Positions 38,136 to 47,664 of a stretch of DNA of 64,000 nt are shown here, one piece after another. The DNA lies in assembly GCA_965263035.1 (NCBI GenBank), contig OZ253580.1, positions 2,496,001 to 2,560,000 of the forward strand. The letters run 5' to 3'. This DNA is from Acidobacteriota bacterium. Lineage in GTDB: Bacteria > Acidobacteriota > UBA6911 > RPQK01 > JAJDTT01. The notes beneath the pieces are model-generated. The model was not told the origin of the DNA. It searched no databases and worked only from the letters and a program-made list of their open reading frames with translations. A program made the translations under genes and the position numbers. How positions within the stretch are numbered: the stretch's first letter is position 1; the number at the start of each line of letters is the position of its first letter.

Positions 38136-40928
38136 CTAGCGCCCCTCTTCGTCTCTGCGCTCCTGGATCAAGTCCCTTCGTTCCTGGTCCTTTCGGTTGA
38201 TGGTGTGGTAGGCGTTGCGGAGCGCCCGCTTGAAGTCCATGGTGACCTCCACGGCCGTGGGCAGCCCGTGAATGACGTGGGGGGTGATGAAGACGACGAG
38301 CTCGGAACGGCGTTTGATCTTGGTGGTCCGCCCGAAGAGGGCCCCCACCACGGGGATGTCTCCCAGCACCGGGATCCGGCTGCGGCTGATGTCGTTGATG
38401 TCGCTGATGATGCCGGCGATGGCCACCGTCTCGCCGTCCCGGACGATCAGGGAGGTCTCCACGTAGTTCTGGCTGATGGTGGGGGTGAGAGAGGAGCCGG
38501 CGGCCTGGCTGACCTCGATGGCCAGGTCCATGGTCACGATGCCGCTGGCGCTGGTGCGGGGCATGATCAGAAGCGACGTGCCGGTGGGACGATAGTTGAT
38601 GCTGTTGGCGAAGGCGCTGGCGACTCCTGAAGTGATGGGGTCGCCGTAGGAGGCGGTGGTGACCGGGACCTCGGCACCCACGTTGATTCGAGCTTGCATC
38701 CCGTCCACCGCCAATAGCGTCGGAGCCTCCAGGATCTCCACGTTGGTCAGTGATCGCAGGGCGGTGATGGCCCCTTCCAACTCCCGTTGTGCTCCGATGA
38801 AGGCCTTGGTCACCACGGACAGTGCGCCGCCACCGCTGCCTTCAGAGGCGCCGCTGATGCTGCCGGTGGTGGGATGTCCAGTGCTGTCGGCCTGCCGGCC
38901 CCGGAGGAATGCGGCCACTCCGAAGCTGAGGTCGTCCCGCAGCTCCACCGAGTAGATCCTGGCCTCCATGAACACCTGACGCGGCAGCTTGTCCAGTTGA
39001 CGGATGGTATCCAGCAGAAAACGGTAGTCCGCCTCCGTGGACTGGATGATCAGGGAGTTGCTGAAATCGTTGACGACGATGCGGATATCTCCCGCACTCA
39101 CCACGCGGATGCCGGACGGACGGCTGAGGGAACGCCCGAACAGGGAGGGCCCCATGCCCCTGCCGCCCCTGCCGCCCCCGCCGCCGTAACCGCCGCCACC
39201 GTAGCCGCCGCCGCCACCATAGCCACCGTAACCGCCGCCACCGTAGCCGCCGCCGCCACCATAGCCGCCGTAACCGCCGCCACCGTAGCCGCCGCCGCCA
39301 CCATAGCCGCCGTAACCGCCGCCACCGTAGCCGCCGCCACCATAGCCGCCGTAGCCGCCGCCGTAGCCGCCGTAGCCCCGCTGCTGGCGGAGGAAGCCGG
39401 GGTCCTGGGTCGGGGTTCGCTGCATCTGGTCGCCGGCCTGCGGGTCCCTGGGATCGGTCCCGCCCGTGGGCAGGCCCATCCCCTGGTAGTAGAGCTGGCC
39501 CAGGACGTCCGCGATGTAGGCGGCGGTGTTGTTCTCGACCTCGTAGACGTAGGTCTTGAGATTGGTGTTGGTGGAAGGCGTGTCCAGCTTGGCGACCCAG
39601 GTCTTGACCTCCTGCAGGACCGAAGGCGCGTGCGTCACCACCAGGATGCTGTTGAGCCGCTCGATGGCGACGATGCGCACACCGCCTCCCTTTTCATTGG
39701 GAGAGAAGACCGCGCTCAGGTCTGCGGCCACGTCCACGGCGTGGTTGTGCCGGACGGTGATCAGGTCGACGGTGTTGATGGAGAAATACTCGGTGTCCAG
39801 CAGCCGGATCAGGTTCAGGGCCTGCTGGATGTTCCGGCGGTAATCGGTGATCAGGAGAATGTTGACCGAGACCAGGTTGACCACGGTGGCTCCCTCGGAG
39901 ACGAAGGGCTTCACGATCTCGATCATGTCTTCGGAGGGGAGGTAGTGGAGGGGGATGACATAGGTGATGATGCCCTCTTCGTCCTCCAGCCGGAGGGCCT
40001 CCTCCGACTCCCCCGGCGTCAGGACCGTGGGACCGGGAGTGGACTCGGAAGCCGCCGACGGCTCCTCTGCGGGAGCCTCTCCCTCTTGGGAAGGCCGGGC
40101 CGCGGCCGGCGTCACCGTCTCTCCGGGGAGAGCCACTCCTCGAGCCGGAGCAGCTCTCCCCGGAGACACCGCCGTCACGGCTCCTTCCGAGGGATCGGAT
40201 TCGGGAGATTCCTGCCCGGGAGGTGCGGTCTCGGGTTCCTCCTCCCGGGCGTCCTGTTTCTCCGGGAGTGGAGTGGGGACGGCCCGACTCGCGCCGGAGG
40301 AAGGCGGCCGGGCCAGAATCTTGTGCGGCACACGGGGACTCTTGCCGATGGGCAGGACCACGTAGATCCCCTCCTGCTTGACGATGGCCTGACCGGCCAG
40401 CTTGAGGACCTGCTCCAGGATCCGGAAGAGGGTCTTCTTGGGGATGTCGTCCATGGTGAACAGGCTGACCGATCCGGAGACGGCGGGATCGATGACGTAG
40501 GAGTACCCCAGCTCGGTCATGACGGCGTTCACCACCCGATCGATGGGCATGTCGGTGAAGGCCAGCTTGACTCCTCCGTTTCCCTTGCCGGAGCGCACTG
40601 AGCCGCCGTTCGGAGCCCTCGTAGCGCTCTGGATCTCCTCGCCGGCGGACCCTGACGCCGAGGAAGTCCCGGAGCCGGCCTGGGCGCCCTGAGCCTGTTT
40701 CCGGTAAAGCTCCTGAAGAGCCTGCCGACGCTTCTCGAGCTGGTCCCGTGACTTGGAGGCGGTGCCGAACACCGGGGGAGGACCCCCAGCGCCGTCGTCC
40801 ACAATCAACGGTTCCTGACCCGTCTGGCGGGTGGTCCCGGAACGCTGGGCGAAGCCCACGCGCTGAGCAGACCAGGTCAGCTCGGACCCGCCGAATAGAA
40901 TCAATACGATTGCAATCCACCAACGCAT
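38136..40928 (-). CDS. gspD: Type II secretion system secretin
   Basis: N0 YVIDPAVSGSV, RLNSILV, QVFMEARIYSV, ARINVGAEVPV, RIPVLGDIPVVGALFG, ELVVFITPH. Confidence 0.93.
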   Translation of the reverse strand: MRWWIAIVLILFGGSELTWSAQRVGFAQRSGTTRQTGQEPLIVDDGAGGPPPVFGTASKSRDQLEKRRQALQELYRKQAQGAQAGSGTSSASGSAGEEIQSATRAPNGGSVRSGKGNGGVKLAFTDMPIDRVVNAVMTELGYSYVIDPAVSGSVSLFTMDDIPKKTLFRILEQVLKLAGQAIVKQEGIYVVLPIGKSPRVPHKILARPPSSGASRAVPTPLPEKQDAREEEPETAPPGQESPESDPSEGAVTAVSPGRAAPARGVALPGETVTPAAARPSQEGEAPAEEPSAASESTPGPTVLTPGESEEALRLEDEEGIITYVIPLHYLPSEDMIEIVKPFVSEGATVVNLVSVNILLITDYRRNIQQALNLIRLLDTEYFSINTVDLITVRHNHAVDVAADLSAVFSPNEKGGGVRIVAIERLNSILVVTHAPSVLQEVKTWVAKLDTPSTNTNLKTYVYEVENNTAAYIADVLGQLYYQGMGLPTGGTDPRDPQAGDQMQRTPTQDPGFLRQQRGYGGYGGGYGGYGGGGYGGGGYGGYGGGGGYGGGGYGGYGGGGGYGGGGYGGYGGGGGYGGGGYGGGGGRGGRGMGPSLFGRSLSRPSGIRVVSAGDIRIVVNDFSNSLIIQSTEADYRFLLDTIRQLDKLPRQVFMEARIYSVELRDDLSFGVAAFLRGRQADSTGHPTTGSISGASEGSGGGALSVVTKAFIGAQRELEGAITALRSLTNVEILEAPTLLAVDGMQARINVGAEVPVTTASYGDPITSGVASAFANSINYRPTGTSLLIMPRTSASGIVTMDLAIEVSQAAGSSLTPTISQNYVETSLIVRDGETVAIAGIISDINDISRSRIPVLGDIPVVGALFGRTTKIKRRSELVVFITPHVIHGLPTAVEVTMDFKRALRNAYHTINRKDQERRDLIQERRDEEGR
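39165..39378 (-). repeat. Gly/Tyr low-complexity repeat (42-bp unit about x3 plus partial units) within gspD
   Basis: Encodes (YGGGGYGGYGGGGG)n followed by RGGRG. Confidence 0.9.
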
Positions 40929-41071
40929 TATTTAAACCTCTTGCGAGAAATCATAAGTCGCGAATTCATTTCGAAAATCGAGTCTTTAGGAGTTCGGCGA
41001 TTGGAAATCGCCGTTCCTGTTCGGCGGCTGGAAACCGCCGCTCCTTGGCGATTGGAAATCGCCGTTCCTCC

Positions 41072-41872
41072 TCATCTCCGCGTCGTGGCGCCGCCGCCAC
41101 CGTAGACCGGTCTTCTGGTGGCGCCGGTGCGGCCGGCGGCGGTGCCCTGGCGGCCCGTGAGGTTCGTGCGGCCCCGGGACGCGGCTCCGCCGGTCCGGAT
41201 TCGTTGCTGGCCGGCGGTGGGACTCACGGCCGCACGCGCCGCCTCCTCGGCGGGCGGGACCGATGCGGCCACCGTCTCCACCGCGGCCCGGGTGGAACCG
41301 ACGGTCACGATGTTGACCGCGCCGGAACCGGCCTGCTTGGACGCCGACTTCTTGGGCTGCTTGCCCTTCTTGGAGTCCATGATGTCGATCAGCTCGGTGT
41401 GATGGTTCCATACCAGGGTGACCGTGGTCAGGGTGATCTCACCCACCCGGTACCCCTGAACCATGTCGCCCAGCGTCACCGTCCGGGACTCGCCCTGATT
41501 TTTCTTCCCCGCGAAAACAGTCAGGAACGCCCTCTGCTCTCCCCGGATCGTGGACACGCCATGCAGAGTCGGCTTGATGGGCAACGGCGGCGGTTTCTGG
41601 GCGGCGACAGGCGTTCCGGTTTCCACCGGGTCCGGTCGGCGTTCCGGTTTAAAAAGATTCCTCTCGTGGATCTCCAGATAGTGGTTGAAAGACCGCGCCA
41701 TCTCCTGTCTGAAGGACGCCTCCTCGGGCGGTGCGGGACTCCGGTTGATCCGCTGGTAGACCTCCTGCCGCGTGGACTCCTGGAAATGGTGCCAATTCGA
41801 GATCAGACGCTGGCCCAGAAGGCCGACGCCCGCCACCAGCAACAGATTGAGCAACAGGATTCCTTGCCTCAT
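41072..41872 (-). CDS. gspC: T2SS GspC-like protein
   Basis: TM, RNLFKPERR, LHGV, LGDMVQGYRVGEI HR-like domain; lies directly before gspD. Confidence 0.65.
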   Translation of the reverse strand: MRQGILLLNLLLVAGVGLLGQRLISNWHHFQESTRQEVYQRINRSPAPPEEASFRQEMARSFNHYLEIHERNLFKPERRPDPVETGTPVAAQKPPPLPIKPTLHGVSTIRGEQRAFLTVFAGKKNQGESRTVTLGDMVQGYRVGEITLTTVTLVWNHHTELIDIMDSKKGKQPKKSASKQAGSGAVNIVTVGSTRAAVETVAASVPPAEEAARAAVSPTAGQQRIRTGGAASRGRTNLTGRQGTAAGRTGATRRPVYGGGGATTRR

Positions 41873-42459
41873 GTTCCACTCCTGGTAGAGATGCCCGACT
41901 CGGGAGAAAGTTGAATCAGGCCGGAAACGTGCATGCTGGGATTGAGGCGTCGCTTGCCTTTGACCCTTCCGACCCGGAGCTCCAGGTTTTCGATCTTGAG
42001 GAACTTGGGATAGGAGGAAACGGCGTGGACGAACTCCAATACCTGCCGCAGATCGGCCCGAAGGTTCACTCTCAGGGTGATCTTGGCGTATCGATCGCCC
42101 AGGACCCGCTCCTGGACCCGGCTGCTCCGGGAGATGGTGATGCCCAGGCGGGACGCCAGATCCCGCACCGCCAGCTCCACCTTGGTGGTGGCGTCGCTGG
42201 AATTCTCGGCCTCGATGAAGCGGCTATCGTACTGCTGGACCAGCCGCTCGATCTCCTCGCTCCGCGACCGGTAGTAGTCCCGCTGAGAGAGGAGTTGCTT
42301 CGAACGCTGCAGCAACTTGGCCTTGGTCTCCAATTCGACCGGGATCGAGGCCCGGGCCTCATTGAAGGGCTCCACCGCAAAGAAGTAGACCAGCACGACG
42401 GCTGCCGTCAGACCTCCTCCCTGCAGGATGCGCCGTTCTCTGAGTGTCAGCTTCCTCAT
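41869..42459 (-). CDS. gspM: T2SS GspM/PilO-like protein
   Basis: KLTLRERRIL TM start, coiled coil, operon order. Confidence 0.8.
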   Translation of the reverse strand: MRKLTLRERRILQGGGLTAAVVLVYFFAVEPFNEARASIPVELETKAKLLQRSKQLLSQRDYYRSRSEEIERLVQQYDSRFIEAENSSDATTKVELAVRDLASRLGITISRSSRVQERVLGDRYAKITLRVNLRADLRQVLEFVHAVSSYPKFLKIENLELRVGRVKGKRRLNPSMHVSGLIQLSPESGISTRSGT

Positions 42460-42468
42460 GGTTCCCTT

Positions 42469-43869
42469 TCACTTGGACGTGGCGTCGAAGGTGAACTTCT
42501 CCCGGTTCCCCATCCCTCGGGCAGGCGCGATGTTCCGGGGCTCGACGGTGTCGAGCGACTCGGAGGTGGTGAGGTTGGACAGGAGCGCCGACGCCGAGGC
42601 CGCGTAGCCCACGATGGAGACCTGTTCCCCTCGAATCGACAGCTGATCCAGGAACGCGTCGTCCGGGGTCTTCTCCGTCATCTCCCGCAGGATGCCCAGG
42701 ACCTTCTGCCGGCCCTGCATCAGCTCCTGCAGCTCCGCCAGACGGGCTTCGGCCTGACGGGTCCGTTCCCGCAGGACCATGACCTCCTGGACCCTGGGCT
42801 GCAGAGCGTCGAGCTCCACCTGGATCTGGTGGGTCAGATCGGACTGCTGGAAATAAGCCCTGCCCAGCAGGGCCACGGCCATCACGGCCACCAGTCCCGC
42901 CAGCAGAGCCGTCGGCGCGATGCTGGACCGTTCCAGGACCAGCCGCTTCTCCTCGGGAATCAGGTTGTACCGGGCGGGCCCCGACCGGGTCAGACCCGAA
43001 ATGGCCAACCCGGCGGCGGGCAGGAATGGCTCCACCGCCTCTGCCCGGAGGTTCTGAGGGGTCAGCTGAAGATGCGTGCGGAGCAGTTCGCAATCCTCGA
43101 AGCGGGCCCGGAACTCGCCCAGGAGGGAGCCGGCAAGAGCGCCGCTCAGGTAGAGCTTGCGAAGCTCGCCCCCCACCGGACCGGCCTGGGACAGAAAGGC
43201 GTCCACATGGTGCAGGATCGAGGCCAGCGTCAGCGCCTCGTCTTCCCGCAGCCCCACCTTCTGGGAGAAGTACTTGCTGGAGCCGGAGATCAGCACCATC
43301 TCGATGGAACCGGGGTTCAGAGCCAGGGCCAGGCAAGGCTGCTCTGCGGGGAGTCCGTCGGCGTGAGCGAGCAGAACCTGGTGATAGGCGATGCTGGACA
43401 GACGGATGGCCACCGGATACAGGTCGGCGGGTTGGAGGATCTCCAGATACCGGTCCAGCGTGGCCCGCGGCAGCATGGTGATCTGGATCAGCAGCTTGCC
43501 ATTGGCTTCGTCCTTCTCCAGCACCTGATATTCGAAGTAGGATCCGTTCTCCTCGGTGGGTTCCAGGCGCTCCACCTGGAACTGGACCATCTGATCCAGG
43601 TTCTCTTCCACCTCCAGCGGCAGCTCCAGCCACCGGACCACCGCCTCGTCCCGGGGAATTCCCAGGACGACCCGGTCCTTGAGCGCCCCGTAGGACCGGA
43701 CCGACTGGCGAATACGGTCCCGGAGCTGCGCCGGCGGCAGATTCCGGAAATCCTCGATGACGGCGTGGTCCTGGAGCTCGAACTGGCGGAATCCTTTTTG
43801 GACCACGGCCAGGACCAGGTCGGACCCGCGGACTTCGACGCCGAGAGCCGTTCCGAAGCTAAATCGCAT
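42469..43869 (-). CDS. gspL: T2SS GspL (PilM/PilN-like fusion)
   Basis: ALGVEV actin-like start, YNLIP, TM, PilN-like IVGYAASASALL. Confidence 0.8.
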   Translation of the reverse strand: MRFSFGTALGVEVRGSDLVLAVVQKGFRQFELQDHAVIEDFRNLPPAQLRDRIRQSVRSYGALKDRVVLGIPRDEAVVRWLELPLEVEENLDQMVQFQVERLEPTEENGSYFEYQVLEKDEANGKLLIQITMLPRATLDRYLEILQPADLYPVAIRLSSIAYHQVLLAHADGLPAEQPCLALALNPGSIEMVLISGSSKYFSQKVGLREDEALTLASILHHVDAFLSQAGPVGGELRKLYLSGALAGSLLGEFRARFEDCELLRTHLQLTPQNLRAEAVEPFLPAAGLAISGLTRSGPARYNLIPEEKRLVLERSSIAPTALLAGLVAVMAVALLGRAYFQQSDLTHQIQVELDALQPRVQEVMVLRERTRQAEARLAELQELMQGRQKVLGILREMTEKTPDDAFLDQLSIRGEQVSIVGYAASASALLSNLTTSESLDTVEPRNIAPARGMGNREKFTFDATSK

Positions 43870-43897
43870 GGTTCAAAGTCACCTCGTGGGAGGGGGG

Positions 43898-44095
43898 GTG
43901 GAGTGGGGACATTCTTGTCCCCCATTCCCAATTCGCCCACTCCGCGGTGTGGCCGTTGGTGTTCGGGCCGTTGTTGCACCGGAGGTCGGCGGCAAGAAAG
44001 CCGCCGCTCCCAGTCGGCGACAAGAAAGTCGCCGCTCCCATTCGGCGGCAGGAAAGCCGCCGCTCCCAGTCGGCGACAAGAAAGTCGCCGCTCCT
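43898..44095. repeat. REP array between gspK and gspL
   Basis: One inverted variant plus four tandem cggcg.caagaaag.cgccgctcc units. Confidence 0.88.
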
Positions 44096-45098
44096 ACAGT
44101 TCCGTGTTCGCTTCATTCCAATACAGGACAGCATACTGCTTGATTCCGACTCCGATCTGGATCACGGCGTTGATGCGGCCGATCACCTCCGACCCGGACA
44201 GCCGTCCGGTGCTGATCAGGTTGTAGACGTTGGATCGCATGGTTGAAAGATACGAGGCCGTGTCCGTGGGCAGGCCGGGGATCTGGGTCAATGCGGTGTT
44301 CACGTCGCCCAGGGGGAACTGGCGGCGCATTTCGTCGATGACCAGCGCCGTCTCGTAGGTCAGGCCCGGGATGGCGGCCAGGACCGGGACCGGCGCCGAG
44401 TTGACGTTGATCCGGTTCACGCTGCTGAAGACGGTGAGGTACTTTCCCAGCCCGAAGTACTCGACCCGCTCGCCGTCGGGCGTGAGCCCCTTCTGGCCGT
44501 AGTAGATCTCGGGCGTCACCCCCCGCACCAGAAGCAGCTCTTCGGGGACGTCGAAGGGGCCGTTCTTGGCATAGTAGGGCTGCGGGAGCGAGAGGTAGTA
44601 GTCGCTCTCGGCCCCGTTGGGCCGAAAGAACTCGTCGGGGTCCCTCCAGTCTTCGATGGAATCGGTAAGCATGTCGGCGTCGCCGGGCTCCATTCCCACC
44701 GTGATCAGAAGGTTGTAGATCAGGTGGGAGGGGGCCGTGTTCAGGTTGATCTTCCCGGTCTCGTCCACCACCTCCACGTCGGCGAAATCGGCTCCCAACT
44801 GAAGGGTAAGGGCGCCGGTCATGACTTCAGGGACCGATCCCGGCCCCAGGTCCATGCGCTGCTGGCTCTTGGCGAAGGCCATCTGGGATTCGATGATCCG
44901 GTAGACGGCGTAGTCGATTCCGGCCCGCGCCAGGTAGTGCGCCTTTTTTTGCTCCACCAGGTTGCGGGTGGCGTCGATTTCGGTGCGGATGGCCGCGCCG
45001 AAGCTCAGCGCCAGCAGTCCCAGCGCCAGCATCACCCAGAGGACGAGGATGAGGACCGCGCCCCGATCGCCGTCACCAGTGCTCGTTCGGTTCCTCAT
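44094..45098 (-). CDS. gspK: T2SS minor pseudopilin GspK
   Basis: RG|AVLILVLW, DETGKINLN, EELLLVRG, INVNSAP. Confidence 0.92.
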   Translation of the reverse strand: MRNRTSTGDGDRGAVLILVLWVMLALGLLALSFGAAIRTEIDATRNLVEQKKAHYLARAGIDYAVYRIIESQMAFAKSQQRMDLGPGSVPEVMTGALTLQLGADFADVEVVDETGKINLNTAPSHLIYNLLITVGMEPGDADMLTDSIEDWRDPDEFFRPNGAESDYYLSLPQPYYAKNGPFDVPEELLLVRGVTPEIYYGQKGLTPDGERVEYFGLGKYLTVFSSVNRINVNSAPVPVLAAIPGLTYETALVIDEMRRQFPLGDVNTALTQIPGLPTDTASYLSTMRSNVYNLISTGRLSGSEVIGRINAVIQIGVGIKQYAVLYWNEANTEL

Positions 45099-45808
45099 TT
45101 ACGATCCGCCGCCGTTCCGAATACCCGGCTCGACCTACTCCGCCGTCCGATGAAGCTGGCGTTGACGGAGGCGAAGACCTCCCCTCTGTCATGAACGATG
45201 CGGATGGCCCGGGGCACGGACTGCATTTCCTCTCCCAGCCATTCGGAGAACCAGGCGAACGCCTGCTGCCGGGGGTCGTACCCGTAGTACTGGAACTCCA
45301 GCGCGGTGATGTCCCGGATCAGGGGCAGCGGCTTTCCGTCCGGGATCCGGACCATGGCGTTGAAGCTGTCCAGGCCCACGAACTGGATCTCCATGGAGCC
45401 CATGTACGGGTCTCCATACTCGTCCTCGGCCAGACCGTAGCGGACCACCGTCAGTCCGGGCGTCTGATGCATGATGAGCGGCGCCACGGTGATGAAGGTG
45501 ACCGAATCGGGGGTGCCGAAGAAGAGGGGCGTCTGGAAGCGGGTGGGAGCCTCCACCGGGCCCAACCCGGTCCGGTCCGGCGGGGCCACCGGGCGCAAGG
45601 GGAAGAGGGATGCCACTTGGCGTTTGACCTGATCCCCGAGGATTCTCGCGGCCGCCTCTTCCTCCAGCCGGGTCTGGCTCTTCTGATAGCTGTTGAGGGC
45701 CAGGCGAAAGGAGGAGAAGACGATGCCGGCCACCAGTCCCAGGATGGTGAGGGCGACCACCAGTTCGATCAGGGTGAAGCCGGAGTCTCGTCTCACGTTG
45801 TCGGCCAT
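45095..45808 (-). CDS. gspJ: T2SS minor pseudopilin GspJ-like (possible upstream GTG start at 45934)
   Basis: G|FTLIELVVAL prepilin motif; operon order. Confidence 0.8.
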   Translation of the reverse strand: MADNVRRDSGFTLIELVVALTILGLVAGIVFSSFRLALNSYQKSQTRLEEEAAARILGDQVKRQVASLFPLRPVAPPDRTGLGPVEAPTRFQTPLFFGTPDSVTFITVAPLIMHQTPGLTVVRYGLAEDEYGDPYMGSMEIQFVGLDSFNAMVRIPDGKPLPLIRDITALEFQYYGYDPRQQAFAWFSEWLGEEMQSVPRAIRIVHDRGEVFASVNASFIGRRSRSSRVFGTAADRK

Positions 45809-45920
45809 TTGAAGCACCTTGGTTCGGTGGTTATGGGAGGTCGGCGGCAAGAAAACCGCCGTTCCCAATCGGCGGCAAGAAAGCCGCCGCTCCCAGTTGG
45901 CGGCATGAAAGCCGTCGCTC

Positions 45921-46538
45921 CTATCTTCCGCCACCGCGCAGGATCCTTTCCATCTCGCTCTGAGACCCTCCCCGGTTCGCCGGGGCGGCGTAGGGATCGG
46001 GGACCAGCTTGAGGCACCGGACGGTGTAGAATTTGCCGCGGCTGTCGTTCCTGTAGCGCACCCGGACCTCCACCAGAAGCAGGTTCACCGGCGGGACGGC
46101 GATCTGCAGGGAGAGGCCCTGCCGGGGGGGCTCCCAGAAATCCACCGTGGCCGTGTAGTCGAACTCGTCGTCCAGATTCCCTTCCAGTTGGATTGGGCCC
46201 ACCAGATCCTCGTCGCTGAGAATCCGGTTCATGACGTTCTCGGCGTGTCCCATGGCCCGATGGGCCAAGTCGATCCTCCTGACGTTCTTCAGACCTCCCG
46301 AGAAGATCTGCATGGTGACGGCGACGCCGAGTCCCAGGATGGAAACCGCGACCAGGACCTCGAGGAGGGTGAATCCCGTGGAGCGGCGGCTTGGAGCGGC
46401 GGTTTCCAACCGCCGAGCTCCGGGTGCGGCATCGAGGCGTGGGCGATTGGAAATCGCCCTTCCGAGAAGCATGGGCGATTGGAAATCGCCCCTCCTGATT
46501 GGGCGATTGGAAATCGCCCCTCCTGGTTCTTCCTTCAC
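45921..46538 (-). CDS. gspI: T2SS minor pseudopilin GspI-like with REP-derived leader
   Basis: G|FTLLEVLVAV; GTGA coupling with the gspH stop. Confidence 0.8.
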   Translation of the reverse strand: MKEEPGGAISNRPIRRGDFQSPMLLGRAISNRPRLDAAPGARRLETAAPSRRSTGFTLLEVLVAVSILGLGVAVTMQIFSGGLKNVRRIDLAHRAMGHAENVMNRILSDEDLVGPIQLEGNLDDEFDYTATVDFWEPPRQGLSLQIAVPPVNLLLVEVRVRYRNDSRGKFYTVRCLKLVPDPYAAPANRGGSQSEMERILRGGGR

Positions 46539-47023
46539 CTCGGTCTCCCTTGGGATTCGAGGATCGGCGACACCTTGGCCAGGCCGGTGACGGCGTCGGC
46601 CCTGACGTAGAGGAGCTTTTCCTGCCGGTTGAGCATTCCGATGGCGCCGCCGGAGCTGCGGCCGTTGGAATAGAAGTTGACCCTCCAGGGAAGCGGTGTG
46701 TTGTCCACGGTCTGAGGCACGATTCCGTCCGGCAGATCCACGCTGCCGATCTGCTCGCCGAACTCGTTGGCCAGGACGTAGTAGCCGGCGCCCGTGTCGT
46801 CACGGGTCACGATGATGCGGCGGACGGCGTGGCGTCCGATGGCCTCGAAGCGGGCCCGCTTCATGTGCGTCGCCAGATCCCGGCAGGCGGCCTCCAGCTC
46901 CAGGCCCTGCAGCCCGGAGGTGAACGACGGCAGGATCAACATCGTGGCCATGCCCATGATGACCAGGAGGACCATGAGCTCGATCAGGGTGAAACCGGAG
47001 TCTCGTCTCACGTTGTCGGCCAT
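46535..47023 (-). CDS. gspH: T2SS minor pseudopilin GspH/FimT-like (possible upstream GTG start at 47191)
   Basis: G|FTLIELMVLL, ARFEAI, FYSNGRSSGG, DAVTG. Confidence 0.85.
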   Translation of the reverse strand: MADNVRRDSGFTLIELMVLLVIMGMATMLILPSFTSGLQGLELEAACRDLATHMKRARFEAIGRHAVRRIIVTRDDTGAGYYVLANEFGEQIGSVDLPDGIVPQTVDNTPLPWRVNFYSNGRSSGGAIGMLNRQEKLLYVRADAVTGLAKVSPILESQGRPR

Positions 47024-47184
47024 TTGAAGCACCTTGGTTCGGTCGTTATTGGGGAGGTCGGCGGTTGGAAACCGCCGCTCCTGGTTGTTCGATTTGACTT
47101 GGGTCATGTTGCTATTGAGGGGGAGGTCGGCGGCAAGAAAGCCGTCTCTCCCAATCGGCGGCAAGAAAGCCGCCGCTCCCGCTC

Positions 47185-47640
47185 CTACCACGAAGTCACG
47201 TCGGCGCTGTCGGTTTCGCCTCCTTCCACGCCGTCGGCCCCCAAGCTCCAGAGATCGTAGTCGCCGTACTGCCCCGGGGAGCGGTACTGGTACTCACGGC
47301 TCCAGGGGTCGTTGGGCAGGGTCCGCTTGTCCAGATAGGGACCGCTCCAGTTGTGGAGCCCGGCGTTCTCCAGCAGGCTGGTGAGTCCTTCGGCCGTGGT
47401 GGGGTAGCGGCCCACGTCGAAACGAAAGAGCCCCAGGGCCCCTTCGAACTGGTCGATCTGGAGCTTGGCGATCTCGCTCTTTCCCCGGCTCAGGCGATCC
47501 ATCACCTTGGGACCCACCACCGTGGCCAGAAGTCCCAGGATCACCAGCACCACGATGAGCTCGATCAGCGAGAATCCCCGGTCCCGCTTCCCGTCCTCCG
47601 CTCCCACGGCCTTCACGGTCTTGTCGACTGTCCCACTCAC
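47185..47640 (-). CDS. gspG: T2SS major pseudopilin
   Basis: G|FSLIELIVVLVILGLLA, GRYPTTAEGL, WSGPYL, DPW..EYQY.SPG, SLGADG. Confidence 0.95.
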   Translation of the reverse strand: MSGTVDKTVKAVGAEDGKRDRGFSLIELIVVLVILGLLATVVGPKVMDRLSRGKSEIAKLQIDQFEGALGLFRFDVGRYPTTAEGLTSLLENAGLHNWSGPYLDKRTLPNDPWSREYQYRSPGQYGDYDLWSLGADGVEGGETDSADVTSW

Positions 47641-47664
47641 GAGAACCTCCCTTTCGAAAAGTGC

